DNA from: Perkinsela sp. CCAP 1560/9
Lineage: Eukaryota > Protista > Euglenozoa: Kinetoplastea
DNA length: 64,000 bases
Assembly (NCBI GenBank): GCA_965644495.1
Contig: CBFFSA010000002.1
Span: 992,001-1,056,000 of the forward strand
Direction: 5' to 3'
The notes under the pieces were generated by a model. The model saw only the letters and a program-made list of their open reading frames with translations. It did not search any database and had not been told where the DNA came from. A program made the translations under genes and the position numbers. This document shows, piece by piece, positions 10,925 through 21,618 of the stretch (position 1 is the first letter of the stretch; the number at the start of each line of letters is the position of its first letter).

Positions 10925-12705
10925 TAATCGAATCATCTAAGAAATTTTTCTCGCAACTTGAGGTCTTCAAAGGTATATGCGATAAAGAGTTTGTATTCAA
11001 TTCTGACGAATTTTTTGTGTGTTTGGGATTAGGCAGATTTTGAAGCACGTGGTGCTCAGATGGCGAGTTCAAACCCGCTCATCGCAATATTCCCGGCGGC
11101 CTCACTCTGAGAGGCTGGGCTGATAACCGACTAGGCCCAGTACTCGGAGGACCGTCCCGGACACTCCCCTCAGGGAACCAGCTCCCTTACCCGGCTTACA
11201 CCTCTTGGGTGAGCCGTGTTGACGTACAATTCGTCGACGCAGCGTGTTGGCAACAGCACTTTGGTGCCGCCTTGGACAAGCGGAAACTGGTAGAGGACGT
11301 CGGCCTCGGAACCTCCAAATCTGTCTGTGGAGGGTCTGGCTTGCCAGTGACCATCCGGAGCAATCCGGAGTGATTTGGATTTTTTTTTTGGATTAGGCAG
11401 ATCGAACGCTACTTGGACATGGGAGCGCATTGATCGCGGAGAATCGCGTACAATATCTGTTCGTAAAGAAAAACAGGGATTCACTTGCAATGTTTTGTCA
11501 TCTGCGGCAGGAAATGTTAAGATGTTGCAATTCATTTACCAAGGAACAAGTCGTGTATTTGTAAACACAGGCAATGACCCACGCGTTCTTCAATGTGCCA
11601 GAAAAGAATCTCATTTCCAAGATTCTTCAACTTGGTCGACTTTTTTAGCGCGTTTTAAAGAAATACTTTCTTTGGAGCGTGAAGCGCAAAAGAAACCGGA
11701 AGCTCGGGCTCTTCTGATCATTGATGAAGCGACCCAGCATGGTAGTACAGATTCTATCCTTCAGGATGCGTCTTGTGGAGTAGTTTGCGTCCCGAAAAAT
11801 ATGACTCACGTATTTCGGCCAGCGGATCAGTTCATTATTTCTGGGTTAAAAGAGCGTGCTGTGCAACTTTATAACAGTGATATAGCCCGTATTTTTTCGC
11901 GCTCTGAGAACAGCACGGCAGTATCTAATATGGTAAGCACATCCCGCACTCTCTGTCGCGAAAAAAAGGTTTCCTATATCATCCAAGCAATGAATGAAAT
12001 TTCTCCTGCGCAAATTCTTGCCTCTTGGGAAGTTACAGAAAGATACCCAAGGTTTTGTTTGGTGAAGTAAAAACGCGCTCTTCTCGCCTTGATGCGTATA
12101 AAAACTTACAAACTCACTTAGGATCATCAGGGGACAACATATTCGTTGACGCGGATGATCAAGAGCAAACTCCATTGCCTATACCAAACGACGAGATAGC
12201 TACCTCCAATTTACCTAGTGAAAGAAGAAAACGCGGACGCCCTCGGAAAATACTATCGAGTGGGGACCTCGAAATGCAGCGACGCGAAGCCAAAGATATT
12301 GCCAATCTGCGCCACCGCCTACGCGGAATGACACGTAAGCGTAGAGAGCAATATAATTACGCCAAAGAATTGCACATTGCCCCATTGGCATCCTATGGAA
12401 TAGGGCCGCGCAATTGATCAAACTGGATTCGCTCAATATAGTCATGAAAGAAATGATGAGCAATGATTACTTCTTTATTGGTAAACTTTTGAATTTCCAG
12501 AGAGCTTTCATTAGTTATTTTGGGTTTTTTTACGCCGTGTTATGGACATACTGTAATGCTTTTTCTCCTCTCGAAATTTTTCTAGCTCTCTGGCATTTTT
12601 TGTTTCGCCATACAAATATTAGTGGGACAAAAATTAATGTTTTTTTAATTAATATTTGCATGGGTCCAACACTAATTAAAAAAACATTAAATTTTGGCGG
12701 CAGTG
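10925..12705 (+). mobile_element. degenerate pogo-like (DDE_1-type) transposon
   Basis: FNSDE motif at ~11000. ORF 11375-12070 has LLIIDEATQH and THVFRPADQ. The frameshifted tail 12025-12417 has an AT-hook RKRGRPRK. Right end is ...GGCGGCAGTG|TA, with a related end at ~52165. Confidence 0.75.
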
Positions 12706-12725
12706 TATCTTGAAGCTACTAAATA

Positions 12726-13223
12726 CAGGGGGGTGAACGAAAACATGGGGGGGGGCAAAATTATTATACACATTATGTAACTCGGTCAATTTTGGAAAAT
12801 AATAGCGCATTCGAGAGCTCTCACATAGTTACGTGTCACGTGATAATGCGTCTCCCGCATTTTTAATTTTTTTAAAAGACATCGGGGGGCAGTTGTTGCT
12901 ATGGATAATTGTACAATGGGTCGAAAAATTAAAAGGGGAACAATACGATGTATTTTTGAGGACTTTAAAGAGTGTTCCAACGCGCGTGAAAATTGCGTTG
13001 GAGAAAAAAGGTGGAAATTGTGGACACTAACTTTTTTTACCAGAAAAAAAAACTTGCAGTTGCCCTTTTTACGGTATTCAGGAAAATGCGTACACCTGGA
13101 AAATACGTAAAACGTAATATCACATGACACCTAACTCTGTGAGAGATCTCGAATGCGCTATTATTTTCCAAAATTGGCCGAGTTATAAGAATTTTGACCC
13201 CCATATTTTCGTGCACCACTCTG
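12726..13223. mobile_element. Tc1/mariner-like MITE with long imperfect TIRs and TA flanks
   Basis: TA|CAGGGGGGTGAACGAAAACATGGGG ... CCCCATATTTTCGTGCACCACTCTG|TA; inverted homology extends >100 bp. Confidence 0.8.
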
Positions 13224-13225
13224 TA

Positions 13226-13567
13226 CAGTGCGGGATTTTATTACGGGATACATTAATTACTGGACAACTCAATTACGGGACACTTAATTAAGGGGCACTT
13301 GGATGTGGGTTTCGCTTCCACTGCCTGGGGCAAGTGTGTTGGATCGGACTAGGCCGCCGTATTTTCAGCAAAAAAGTTTTACATGCCCAAATAAACGGTG
13401 TATAAAAATAACAAAAAATATGATAACAGAACCTGCAGTACAATCACTCACTACATTTCACAGATCATCTCACAGGACAAAGCTAAGGGACACTTAATTA
13501 CGGGACACTTTTGACCAAAAAGGGGGTGTCCCTTAATTAAGGTGTCTCGTAATAACGTTCCGCACTG
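13226..13567. mobile_element. pogo/Tigger-like MITE with TA flanks
   Basis: TA|CAGTGCGG..TTATTACG ... CGTAATAA..CCGCACTG|TA with internal GGGACACTTAATTA repeats. A copy of the right end is at ~47813-47942. Confidence 0.8.
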
Positions 13568-13708
13568 TACATGAGAGATTTTTTCTTTGTATGGATAACA
13601 GAGATTTAGATTTTAAATGAATACAATCACTTAGTACCAAAGCCAAAACCTGCAGCAGCATTTCAAGCCCCATTTTTCGTCTTGACCTCTTTTTACCCAC
13701 CCTCTTTC

Positions 13709-15562
13709 CTACCCCTCCTTTCGAGCCCTATCCCGCTCATACGCCAGCCCTCGACTTTTCTCCGGCCTTTCGGGAATCCTTTTATCACGAAACGTGCCTT
13801 CAATAAAATAATTCCGAAAGGAAGTGGGGGCCGAGGACTCGGGAGGGGTACGATCATACGTCCACCTCCGTCGCAGCGAGGAGATAAAAACAAACACAAC
13901 CAGACACCCCACCAAAGGGGTGACCATTGTGATGGTCGCCAGGGAGCGCAGAATCAGCCGAGCGGTGGTACGCACCCGGGAGGGGGGAGAGGTGCAGTTC
14001 GCCCCTTTGTACCCCAGCGCACACTCGGAGCAGTTCGGACCTCTCCAGTACCCGAGCGTAGGGTGAAAGTGACAGGGACACGGGTTTGTGTGGTTGGGAC
14101 TCGATAAAGCAGAGGAAGGGGAAGATAAAGAAGAAAAAGATAAAGAAGAAAAAGATAAAGAAGATGGCGTGAAGGGGTGGGAGAGTGGGGGAAGAGGAGA
14201 GGATGTGCTCTGGGGCGATGTGGAAAGAGAGAAAAAAGGGTGAGAGAGGTTGTTGGGGATTTTGTCGATTTTCGTGTTGTTGTTTGAGAACGGTGAGGAG
14301 GAAAATGGGGAAGATACGGGAGAGAAAAGAGTAGTGGTTTTCGTCGATGGATGGGTGAAGAAAGAATCAAAGGAGGGACAACATGCGTGAGGCGACCTTT
14401 GGCATTGAATGGGACATTGAGAACGAATCGTACGAGAGATAGAAATGTCACATAGTGGCGTCTGTTTTGGCGAACCTGTTGCCCAGTCATAGGCGATCAT
14501 AGTTCCATCACAACGTGAGCATGAAAAGTGAAAGGAGGAAGAGGATGAGATGTTGTGTTCCGTTTCGTTTGAAAAGTTGGGTAGAGCAGTGCTGTTTGAA
14601 GTGTGAAGCAAAACAGAAAAACACTGGTCACGTGAGACCCCTTCTTTGGACGTCAAAGTGTCCGTACAGTCCAGTGCGAAATCTTGCATTGCCATGTCAC
14701 AGTTTTCGGGACATTGTAACGTGCGAGAAGTGCAGTAGGGCTCTGTGAAACCGAAACGACTGGAGGGCTCAGGAAGCAAACACATGGCTTGTGGAGAGGA
14801 ACGACCCGAAGGGTTCCTCTCAGGAAAAGGTGCGCGGTGTATCTCACCGGGATGAGACTGATTGAAGATTGTATACAAAGGCTCATGTATTTTTGAGGTA
14901 CTGTTTTCGCCACGTTTCAGAGCACGACCAAGGCTCGTGCTTAGTTCTACACGATGAATCGTAACGCCAAAATCCAATAAACGTGTGCGATTAATCGAAA
15001 GGAATGCGTGAGGTGAGGGATACGATGATTCGGGTGTTGTGGCATTTTTTGAATCGTCTTCTACGTTATTACGTTCTGCAGAAGTCTCATTTTCAGTACT
15101 CGCTTGAGATTCGTTCTTGCGACGAAAAAGGGAAGAAGAAACTGTTTTATTTTCGGAAACAATAAAAGATTGATTGTGTGAATAAATGAAATTGGAATCA
15201 TTTGCCTCTCTTGTACTCGTCGAGTTTAACGTCGCGCCGATCGCTAAAAGTAAATCATCCGAGAGATTGCAGAAACAGTGAAAGGAATCAGGAGTGCAGT
15301 ATACTGCCACGCCACGTACAGAAGGAACCGAAAGTGTGCCTCGAGATAGCTGATGGTGCAAATGAGATGCAGGAGCCAATAAATGACGCTCACAGAAAGC
15401 TAACAAGGCCTTGGGATTGTCGCATCCTGTGGGACATGGGACGTAGGAACGAGCGTGACAAGAGCCAATGGAGCATAAAAGAAGAAGACCAGCTAAAGTC
15501 AGGCGGATGGGCACAATCGAAATACGCAAGAGCATGGCAAACGCGTTCCTTTTATTCTTCAA
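13709..15562 (-). CDS. Cys-rich membrane protein with a laminin-type EGF-like module
   Basis: Signal peptide, then CPC...GYWRGPNCSECALGYKGANC, then a TM helix and a basic tail. Confidence 0.75.
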   Translation of the reverse strand: MKNKRNAFAMLLRISIVPIRLTLAGLLLLCSIGSCHARSYVPCPTGCDNPKALLAFCERHLLAPASHLHHQLSRGTLSVPSVRGVAVYCTPDSFHCFCNLSDDLLLAIGATLNSTSTREANDSNFIYSHNQSFIVSENKTVSSSLFRRKNESQASTENETSAERNNVEDDSKNATTPESSYPSPHAFLSINRTRLLDFGVTIHRVELSTSLGRALKRGENSTSKIHEPLYTIFNQSHPGEIHRAPFPERNPSGRSSPQAMCLLPEPSSRFGFTEPYCTSRTLQCPENCDMAMQDFALDCTDTLTSKEGVSRDQCFSVLLHTSNSTALPNFSNETEHNISSSSSFHFSCSRCDGTMIAYDWATGSPKQTPLCDISISRTIRSQCPIQCQRSPHACCPSFDSFFTHPSTKTTTLFSPVSSPFSSSPFSNNNTKIDKIPNNLSHPFFSLSTSPQSTSSPLPPLSHPFTPSSLSFSSLSFSSLSSPSSALSSPNHTNPCPCHFHPTLGYWRGPNCSECALGYKGANCTSPPSRVRTTARLILRSLATITMVTPLVGCLVVFVFISSLRRRWTYDRTPPESSAPTSFRNYFIEGTFRDKRIPERPEKSRGLAYERDRARKEG

Positions 15563-15809
15563 CGATAGTAATAGTGTGCAATATGTAGCATGTTCCGTGT
15601 TAAAACGTTGAACGAAATACGATATAATCTAGGGGAAAAACTGGACAAGAAATGCTTCATCCGTTATTACTTCATGAAGCAAGGTAGTCGCCCAGAAGTA
15701 AAGACAATAAAATAATGACTGTCAGTTAGAAAACAAAGGCCCCCTATCAACAAAAACATTTTCATAAAAATTGAGCCAATCTTTCGACAAGTTTTTGTTT
15801 CCTGACTCT

Positions 15810-16709
15810 TCATAAGCGGAAGTTAAGCCCAGGACGACAGCTTAGGACATCAGGAACAGAGTCAAATGAATTTGATTGGAGATAAACGGATTCTAAAAAA
15901 GCTGGAAGGCGGTCAAGAGACACGTCACCGCTGAATTTGTTATTGTTAAGTATGAGGAAGTACATATACTGCGGAAGGTGATCTAACAAAAGATTTCCAC
16001 TGAGCGAATTAAAAGAAAGATTGAGACTAGAGAGAGCATCAGGAAGCCCTTGCAGATCGATCGACCCACTGAATTGATTTCGAGCAGCAGCCAAGTTACT
16101 TAAATTTTTACAGGGGAGAGAAACTAGTTTTAAAGATCCTGTAAATAAATTTCGTGAAATATCCAAATTTACGAGCGAAGGTGGAAGCATTTCTAAAGGA
16201 AATGTACCACTTAATAAGTTTTCAGAAATGTCAAGCTCTGTTAAGGACGTGGCTTGGGTTGGCACCTGTACAAAACCAGAAAATTTGTTGCGCTTTACGT
16301 TAAAAATGAGTAACCGAGAAGACAAAAATTCTGTGCGTAAAACATCATCGAATTTATTATGCGACAAAACAAGAAAGCGCACTTGTGAAGGAATCGCGTC
16401 GAGATCTAAAGATCCGGAAAACACATTATTCGAAAGCTCAATGGAATGAATGAAATCAAACGCAGAAAGATAAGACCAATTCAGCGTTCCAAAGCACTCA
16501 AAATTTTTAAAATCAAGACTTTTAAGGTTTTGCTTACCATCACACATGACGCCTCGCCAAGTACACCCTGGTACGGATGTGTCCCAAGTTTTGTCCCCAC
16601 CTGTGACGTTTCTTAAAAACAAGTTGAGCTGAATTTCCAATGGAAAATGCGCTCCGCGTACTCTCCCAGGTTGTATGGCTTGAGGCGGGACTTCCATGTT
16701 TTTGTCCAA
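15810..16709 (-). CDS. leucine-rich repeat protein
   Basis: GRVRGAHFPLE, the WDTSVPGCTWRGVMC cap and ~9-10 LRRs. ATG start is probably MEVPP. Confidence 0.88.
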   Translation of the reverse strand: MDKNMEVPPQAIQPGRVRGAHFPLEIQLNLFLRNVTGGDKTWDTSVPGCTWRGVMCDGKQNLKSLDFKNFECFGTLNWSYLSAFDFIHSIELSNNVFSGSLDLDAIPSQVRFLVLSHNKFDDVLRTEFLSSRLLIFNVKRNKFSGFVQVPTQATSLTELDISENLLSGTFPLEMLPPSLVNLDISRNLFTGSLKLVSLPCKNLSNLAAARNQFSGSIDLQGLPDALSSLNLSFNSLSGNLLLDHLPQYMYFLILNNNKFSGDVSLDRLPAFLESVYLQSNSFDSVPDVLSCRPGLNFRL

Positions 16710-16946
16710 AAAAATTTTGGATCAGTAAAATCCAAAATTGAGATTTAAAAGAAAAAAACTTAAATAATCATGGAAAATTGTTTTGTAGCAAAAAGGTAAA
16801 GGAACTGTCATACACAAGAGCAATGTATACACGAAAGCAAAACACGAAAAGGCTTCAGAGATTTTGATATCATAATGTATAATGAAATCAAAATATTAAC
16901 AAAAGATCATGAAATGCAAAACGGGTTGACCTCTTTTTACATTAAG

Positions 16947-17504
16947 CTACAACTCAAAATCATCGACTTGGCTTTTATACTTCATCACGTGGGAGCGAAT
17001 CTTACTCTTGTCCATCCAGTGAATATGGTCCTCTAACGCTCGAGGAACCAAAAATGCAGGATCCGTAATTTGATGTGTCCCCACACGAATATGCCCTTGT
17101 CGCACAAATTGACTTGCTAGCGCCACTCGAGGCGCAAATTTCATGGCGAGTAAAATGACCGGAAGTCGTCGCTTACAAAACGCAGAAGTGGTGAGATTCT
17201 CCACAACCTCCAAGCTTTGCTGCGAAGGGGTCACGCCCATGTCATACAACTTCCCTAAAAGTTGGTTGGTAATCTCCATACGTATTTTGCTATCAGAAGG
17301 AAGATAGCGTAGGTTGTTGACGAGTGATCGTACCATTCCGGCTAATTTGTTGTACCGTGTGTAGTCTTCACGGTCCTCTAAGGCATATTTTCGAATCACA
17401 AGACTCTCGTGGCTTCGCCTTTCTGATTTGTAGCTTAAAAAATCATGTTTTCTTAGCAGTCGCTGCTCGTGGTGTTTGAGTTTACGGTGAACTGGATTGA
17501 CCAT
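16947..17504 (-). CDS. IMP3: U3 snoRNP protein IMP3
   Basis: RKLKHHEQRLL, REDYTRYNKL, SAFCKRRLP, QGHIRVG, DPAFLV and EDHIHWMD.SKI. Confidence 0.95.
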   Translation of the reverse strand: MVNPVHRKLKHHEQRLLRKHDFLSYKSERRSHESLVIRKYALEDREDYTRYNKLAGMVRSLVNNLRYLPSDSKIRMEITNQLLGKLYDMGVTPSQQSLEVVENLTTSAFCKRRLPVILLAMKFAPRVALASQFVRQGHIRVGTHQITDPAFLVPRALEDHIHWMDKSKIRSHVMKYKSQVDDFEL

Positions 17505-17888
17505 CCGGAATCAAAAAAAATAGTGAAAGAGAAGCTGTAGAAAGTCAAGAACAAAAGGTAGGTATGGAACGATAGATGTAGGAATACGAAAAGACTAGGT
17601 TCAAAATAAGCTTGATTTGAAAATTTACTTCTAAATTTACCCCAAAAGACCAAAGCATTTTCGGACGCAGAAAGTAAAATCTTTAAAAGACAAACCAATT
17701 GTCGTCATACAAAAGCACATTTAATGCGCCGACACAAAAGCGCTTTTCAAATCACAAGAAAAACTTACCGTCCAACCCATTTCATCAAATTCAACCCAAT
17801 CTACGCTTAATATTTCAACCTATGCGTTTTTTCATTCATTTGTTAATTTGTCCGAAAATGAACGTCTTCCTTACCATATCTCCCCTTT

Positions 17889-19331
17889 CTACATCTGTCC
17901 CAACCCCAACTCACTCGCCTCTCTCCCCAAAATCTCCCCATACTGCTGTATGATCGACACCGCCAACAAAATCCCGGTTCCGGATCCAATCGCGCCCAAA
18001 AAATCCGCCAGTACTGTCAGCGCTCCAATGCACATCCCGCCAAACGCCGCTGCTGTGGGAATGTACCGATCCAAATGTACCGCCATCTCCTCCTCATTAC
18101 TTCGAAACCCCTTTAGTGTCATCTCAGCCTGTTTAATCTCCTTGGCCACATCACGCGGGCTGGTCCCACTGACATTAATCCATGCTTTACTAAAAAGCGC
18201 GCAGGTGGTTAACACAAAACTCACATAGACAATCGCGTGAATCGGATCCACAAACATCTCCCCAAACGATTGAGGAGCCGTGATGTAATACGCCACTCCC
18301 CCGACCGGGATACTTTGTCCATAACTCTGCCCGTACTCGAGTTCCTCCCAGCGACCGAGTAAACCGACGAAGAAATTACTTGGAAATCGTTTGTAGAGGA
18401 GCTGGGAGAAGAAATAAAGATTGGAGACCAACGCGGCCTGCAAAATAATCGGCATGTTGCTGGTATAAAAGAGCCGAATCGGGTGGGTGCTCGTGGCGCC
18501 ACGCTGTTTGGTGCTCACAAGCGGGAGATCAACACGGAACCCTTGGAAGAACAACACAATGAGTAAAACTACCGCGGTTGCGAGGAGATTGGTTAAGTTG
18601 GGAAGATGGGGACGATAAAAAGCTTCTTGAAGGGCTCGAAACTTATCCGGACGCACCGCCAACAAATGAAACAGCGCCACAATCGCACCCTCAAACTCCG
18701 TCCCCCGCCCTTGATTAATCGTCGTTGGGCTAAAACTCTTCCACAGCAAGTTTTCACAAATATTACAGCAAATAAACAGCGAGGTTCCACTCCCAATCCC
18801 CCAGCCCTTGTTCAACATATCATCCAGCAGAATACACAGCACCCCCGCCGCCACCAGCTGCACCACAATAAACCCCGCCGTGCCCATCCCCATCTGTTTC
18901 ACCTCCCCATACATCCCGCTGGCGACATAGGCCACCGCCTCCACAAACGTAATCCCGAGCGCCAGCAACTTCTGCACGGCGTTGTACAGCGCCTTCTCCC
19001 CCGCGTCACTCTCCTCCACCGAGAGGATCTTCGCCCCGCTGAGTAATTCCATCACGAGCGAGGAGGTCACCAGCGGGGAGATCCCGAGCTCCATCAGCGT
19101 GCCCCGGTTGGAGGCCAGGATCACACGCATCCAGTAGAACGGGTCGGAGCCCTTCCCGGGGTTGATCCCGTAGAGGGGAATCTGGCAGCACACCAGGAAG
19201 AGCAGGAGGGCGAGGACGGTGTAGAGGAGACGGTCGCGTATGGGGACGGCTCGTTTGGTGGAGGGGGGGTGGGTGACGGAGGGGAGGAGGGGGAGGAAGG
19301 GCCGGGCGAGGTGGATGAATTTGAAGGCCAT
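17889..19331 (-). CDS. SEC61A: protein translocon subunit Sec61 alpha
   Basis: CQIPLYGI, DPFYWMRVILASNRGTLMELGISPLVTS, LFYTSNMPIILQ and GSGTGILLAV. Start set at MAFKF. Confidence 0.97.
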   Translation of the reverse strand: MAFKFIHLARPFLPLLPSVTHPPSTKRAVPIRDRLLYTVLALLLFLVCCQIPLYGINPGKGSDPFYWMRVILASNRGTLMELGISPLVTSSLVMELLSGAKILSVEESDAGEKALYNAVQKLLALGITFVEAVAYVASGMYGEVKQMGMGTAGFIVVQLVAAGVLCILLDDMLNKGWGIGSGTSLFICCNICENLLWKSFSPTTINQGRGTEFEGAIVALFHLLAVRPDKFRALQEAFYRPHLPNLTNLLATAVVLLIVLFFQGFRVDLPLVSTKQRGATSTHPIRLFYTSNMPIILQAALVSNLYFFSQLLYKRFPSNFFVGLLGRWEELEYGQSYGQSIPVGGVAYYITAPQSFGEMFVDPIHAIVYVSFVLTTCALFSKAWINVSGTSPRDVAKEIKQAEMTLKGFRSNEEEMAVHLDRYIPTAAAFGGMCIGALTVLADFLGAIGSGTGILLAVSIIQQYGEILGREASELGLGQM

Positions 19332-19478
19332 GGAGGGAGGGGAGGGGGGAGAAAGTAAAACTGGGGTGGAGAAAGTAAAACGGAGAGGAAAGGTTGGGGG
19401 TGATGCCAAAGAAACGTTGCGGTGGTCGTAAAAAAGAATATTTTTTTAAATCATGACCCGCGATTTGTGTTGGGGTTA

Positions 19479-19903
19479 CCGGTGAAACTTAAATGAAGAA
19501 TAACATGAATTAACGTAATTTCTGACAGGAAAAAAATGTTTACGTTAATTAATGCTACGTTAAATAAAGTTACGTTAATTTATGTTGTTGTGGCGCGATA
19601 GTAAAAAATTTAGTTCCACAAAAAATTTGAGGTTTACTATTCTTAAACCCACAAGATTGAACCAAGTTTGCACACTTTTCCAAAATTCCACCTAAAGCGA
19701 AATACTCCACCGCCTATGGGTGTAGTTTCCAAGGGCAACGGGGCGTATTCTTGAGGCGTAAGGTTGAGGCTGCTAGAAATATAAAAAAAGAAATTATTAA
19801 TTATTTTTCGCCATTTTTTGACCAAAATTAATCAGTGCGTTAATTAGTGCTACGTTAATTAAAAAACCGTACATTTTAATTACGTTAAAAAGTGCATCAC
19901 CGG
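19479..19903. mobile_element. MITE with CCGGTGA ends and TA flanks
   Basis: TA|CCGGTGA ... TCACCGG|TA with internal TTACGTTAATT-like repeats. Confidence 0.6.
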
Positions 19904-20164
19904 TAAGATAGGTGAGAATGTACCAGAATAGGGATTTCTTTTCTTTTGTTTTCGTTTCTCTGTTTCATGCCAAAGAAACGTTACAGTGCTCGTAAAAAAG
20001 AATATTTTTTTAAATAATGACCACCGATTTGTGCTCATTATCTTTTTTATCCGATTTGTGATTTATCCTTTTATCTGATTCGTGGTCATCCCCTGGACCC
20101 CCCATTTTTTTGATTTTTCAGTTTTGGACCACCGGGATCCCTTTGATATTTTTTTCCTCTATTA

Positions 20165-20852
20165 AACCACCGTCCGGGTTATTATACCTAGGAGGTATAA
20201 TAAGTGTCCTAGGAGGTATAATAACTTTTCTTTGAAAAAAGGGTAAAAAGAAATTTCGCGCCGCTTCGCGGCGCGTTCTTTTTCGTATTGCTCACAACAT
20301 GTTATGATCCATTTGCAAGTTTTCCTCTTGCGCCTGTGGACGTCTCGGGGAACGTGTGCGAGTGTGGAGGTAAGTTTGTTTTCTGGGGCTTCAGGGGTAA
20401 AAGAATATGAAACGCCACGAATACATGTATTTTCGTGGTTACTATACCCAAACTGGTCAAAACTCTTGACAACGTTAATCTGATTTCTTGGTAAGCTTCC
20501 ATCAAACGCAACATTGAAATTTACGCGCAGTGAGTGGAAATTGTGAAAAATGCAAGATTTTGTCTACCAAAAAACAAAGTGATCTACGTGCATTCGAAAA
20601 TCCAAACAACGAAGATTCCATGCCTGCGCGTTCACGGGCCCTGTTCGAGAGCTCTCGAATGCGCTATAACTTTCCAAAATGGGCCAAGGTTTACAAATTT
20701 TAGAGCCCTCCAACATCAAAATTTACGGTCCTGTAAGTTCTGCACCTGCCTCTGAAGGTAGGGGGGGGAGGTATAATAAGGACCCCAGGGACACTTATTA
20801 TACCTAGGAGGTACAATAGGTGTCCCTAGGTATAATAACCCGGACGGTGGTT
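20165..20852. mobile_element. non-autonomous AACC-family TIR element (688 bp)
   Basis: Perfect TIR AACCACCGTCCGGGTTATTATACCTAGG with TA on both sides. It serves as the empty-site reference for its disrupted paralogue 45782-52508. Confidence 0.9.
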
Positions 20853-21325
20853 TATATTACTGTGTTCCTCTTTATATTTTCACTGTTTTTGTTCACTTTT
20901 TTTTCAATAATCGAGGGTAGAGCGGTAGCTATACAACCACCGCAAACTATAGCTATTAAATTAACCCACACCCTACCGGAAAGTTTGATTCTTTCTCCGG
21001 GTTTGCTCATTTTTGGGAATTCGAGAGACCTCGTTCCCCTAGCGAAGAGCTTTGCCGCACTTTTCCAGGTTTGATCCCGTATAAGAGAATCTGACAGCAG
21101 ACTAAAAGGAGGAGTAGGGAGATAATGGTGTAAAATATACTCTGTTTTGGGTACGGTTCGTTTGGTGTAGGGCTCGGTTACACAGGGGAAGAGAGAGGAA
21201 GGGTTAAGCGAGGCGGATGAATTTAAAGGACCTGGGGAGAGAGGGGGTGAGTGTGTGATGCTGGGATGGAGATAGAGAAGTTGAGATGGGAGTAGGAAGA
21301 AAAAGAGGGAAAAAATCCAATGCAA
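20852..21325 (-). CDS. hypothetical protein; 3' end abuts a TE
   Basis: 157-aa ORF with a non-ATG start on the cluster strand; no domain recognised. Confidence 0.3.
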   Translation of the reverse strand: MHWIFSLFFFLLPSQLLYLHPSITHSPPLSPGPLNSSASLNPSSLFPCVTEPYTKRTVPKTEYILHHYLPTPPFSLLSDSLIRDQTWKSAAKLFARGTRSLEFPKMSKPGERIKLSGRVWVNLIAIVCGGCIATALPSIIEKKVNKNSENIKRNTVI

Positions 21326-21618
21326 GGATGAAAATGAGTAGGAAATTTAACTTTTAAAAGAAATGCACGAAAAAGATTCAAAAGTATTCATAAAAGTCAA
21401 ATTTTTTTGAGTCTTGAGTGCCATCAAAGCACTTAGAAAAGAAAAAACAAAAAAAAAATGTATTTTCATACTTCATATGAAAAACGCTGGCAAACGAACG
21501 ATGTCCAAAGAGAATCTTATCTATTAGATACTTGATACTCCACGAACGAACGTTACGATACTACTCTCCCGAATGGTTTTCTCTTTGCGCCCACGCCTTC
21601 CCCCCACTGCTCTTCCAC

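Noticed and set aside
11053-11372. HDV or hammerhead ribozyme in the GC-rich insert
   Set aside because: Hairpins are present, but I could not build P1/P3/L3 or a CUGAUGA/GAAA core on either strand.
19403-20033. ~65-bp direct repeats (19403 and 19967) as LTRs
   Set aside because: There is no primer-binding site, TSD or retroelement content; this is more likely a local duplication of the Sec61a upstream region.
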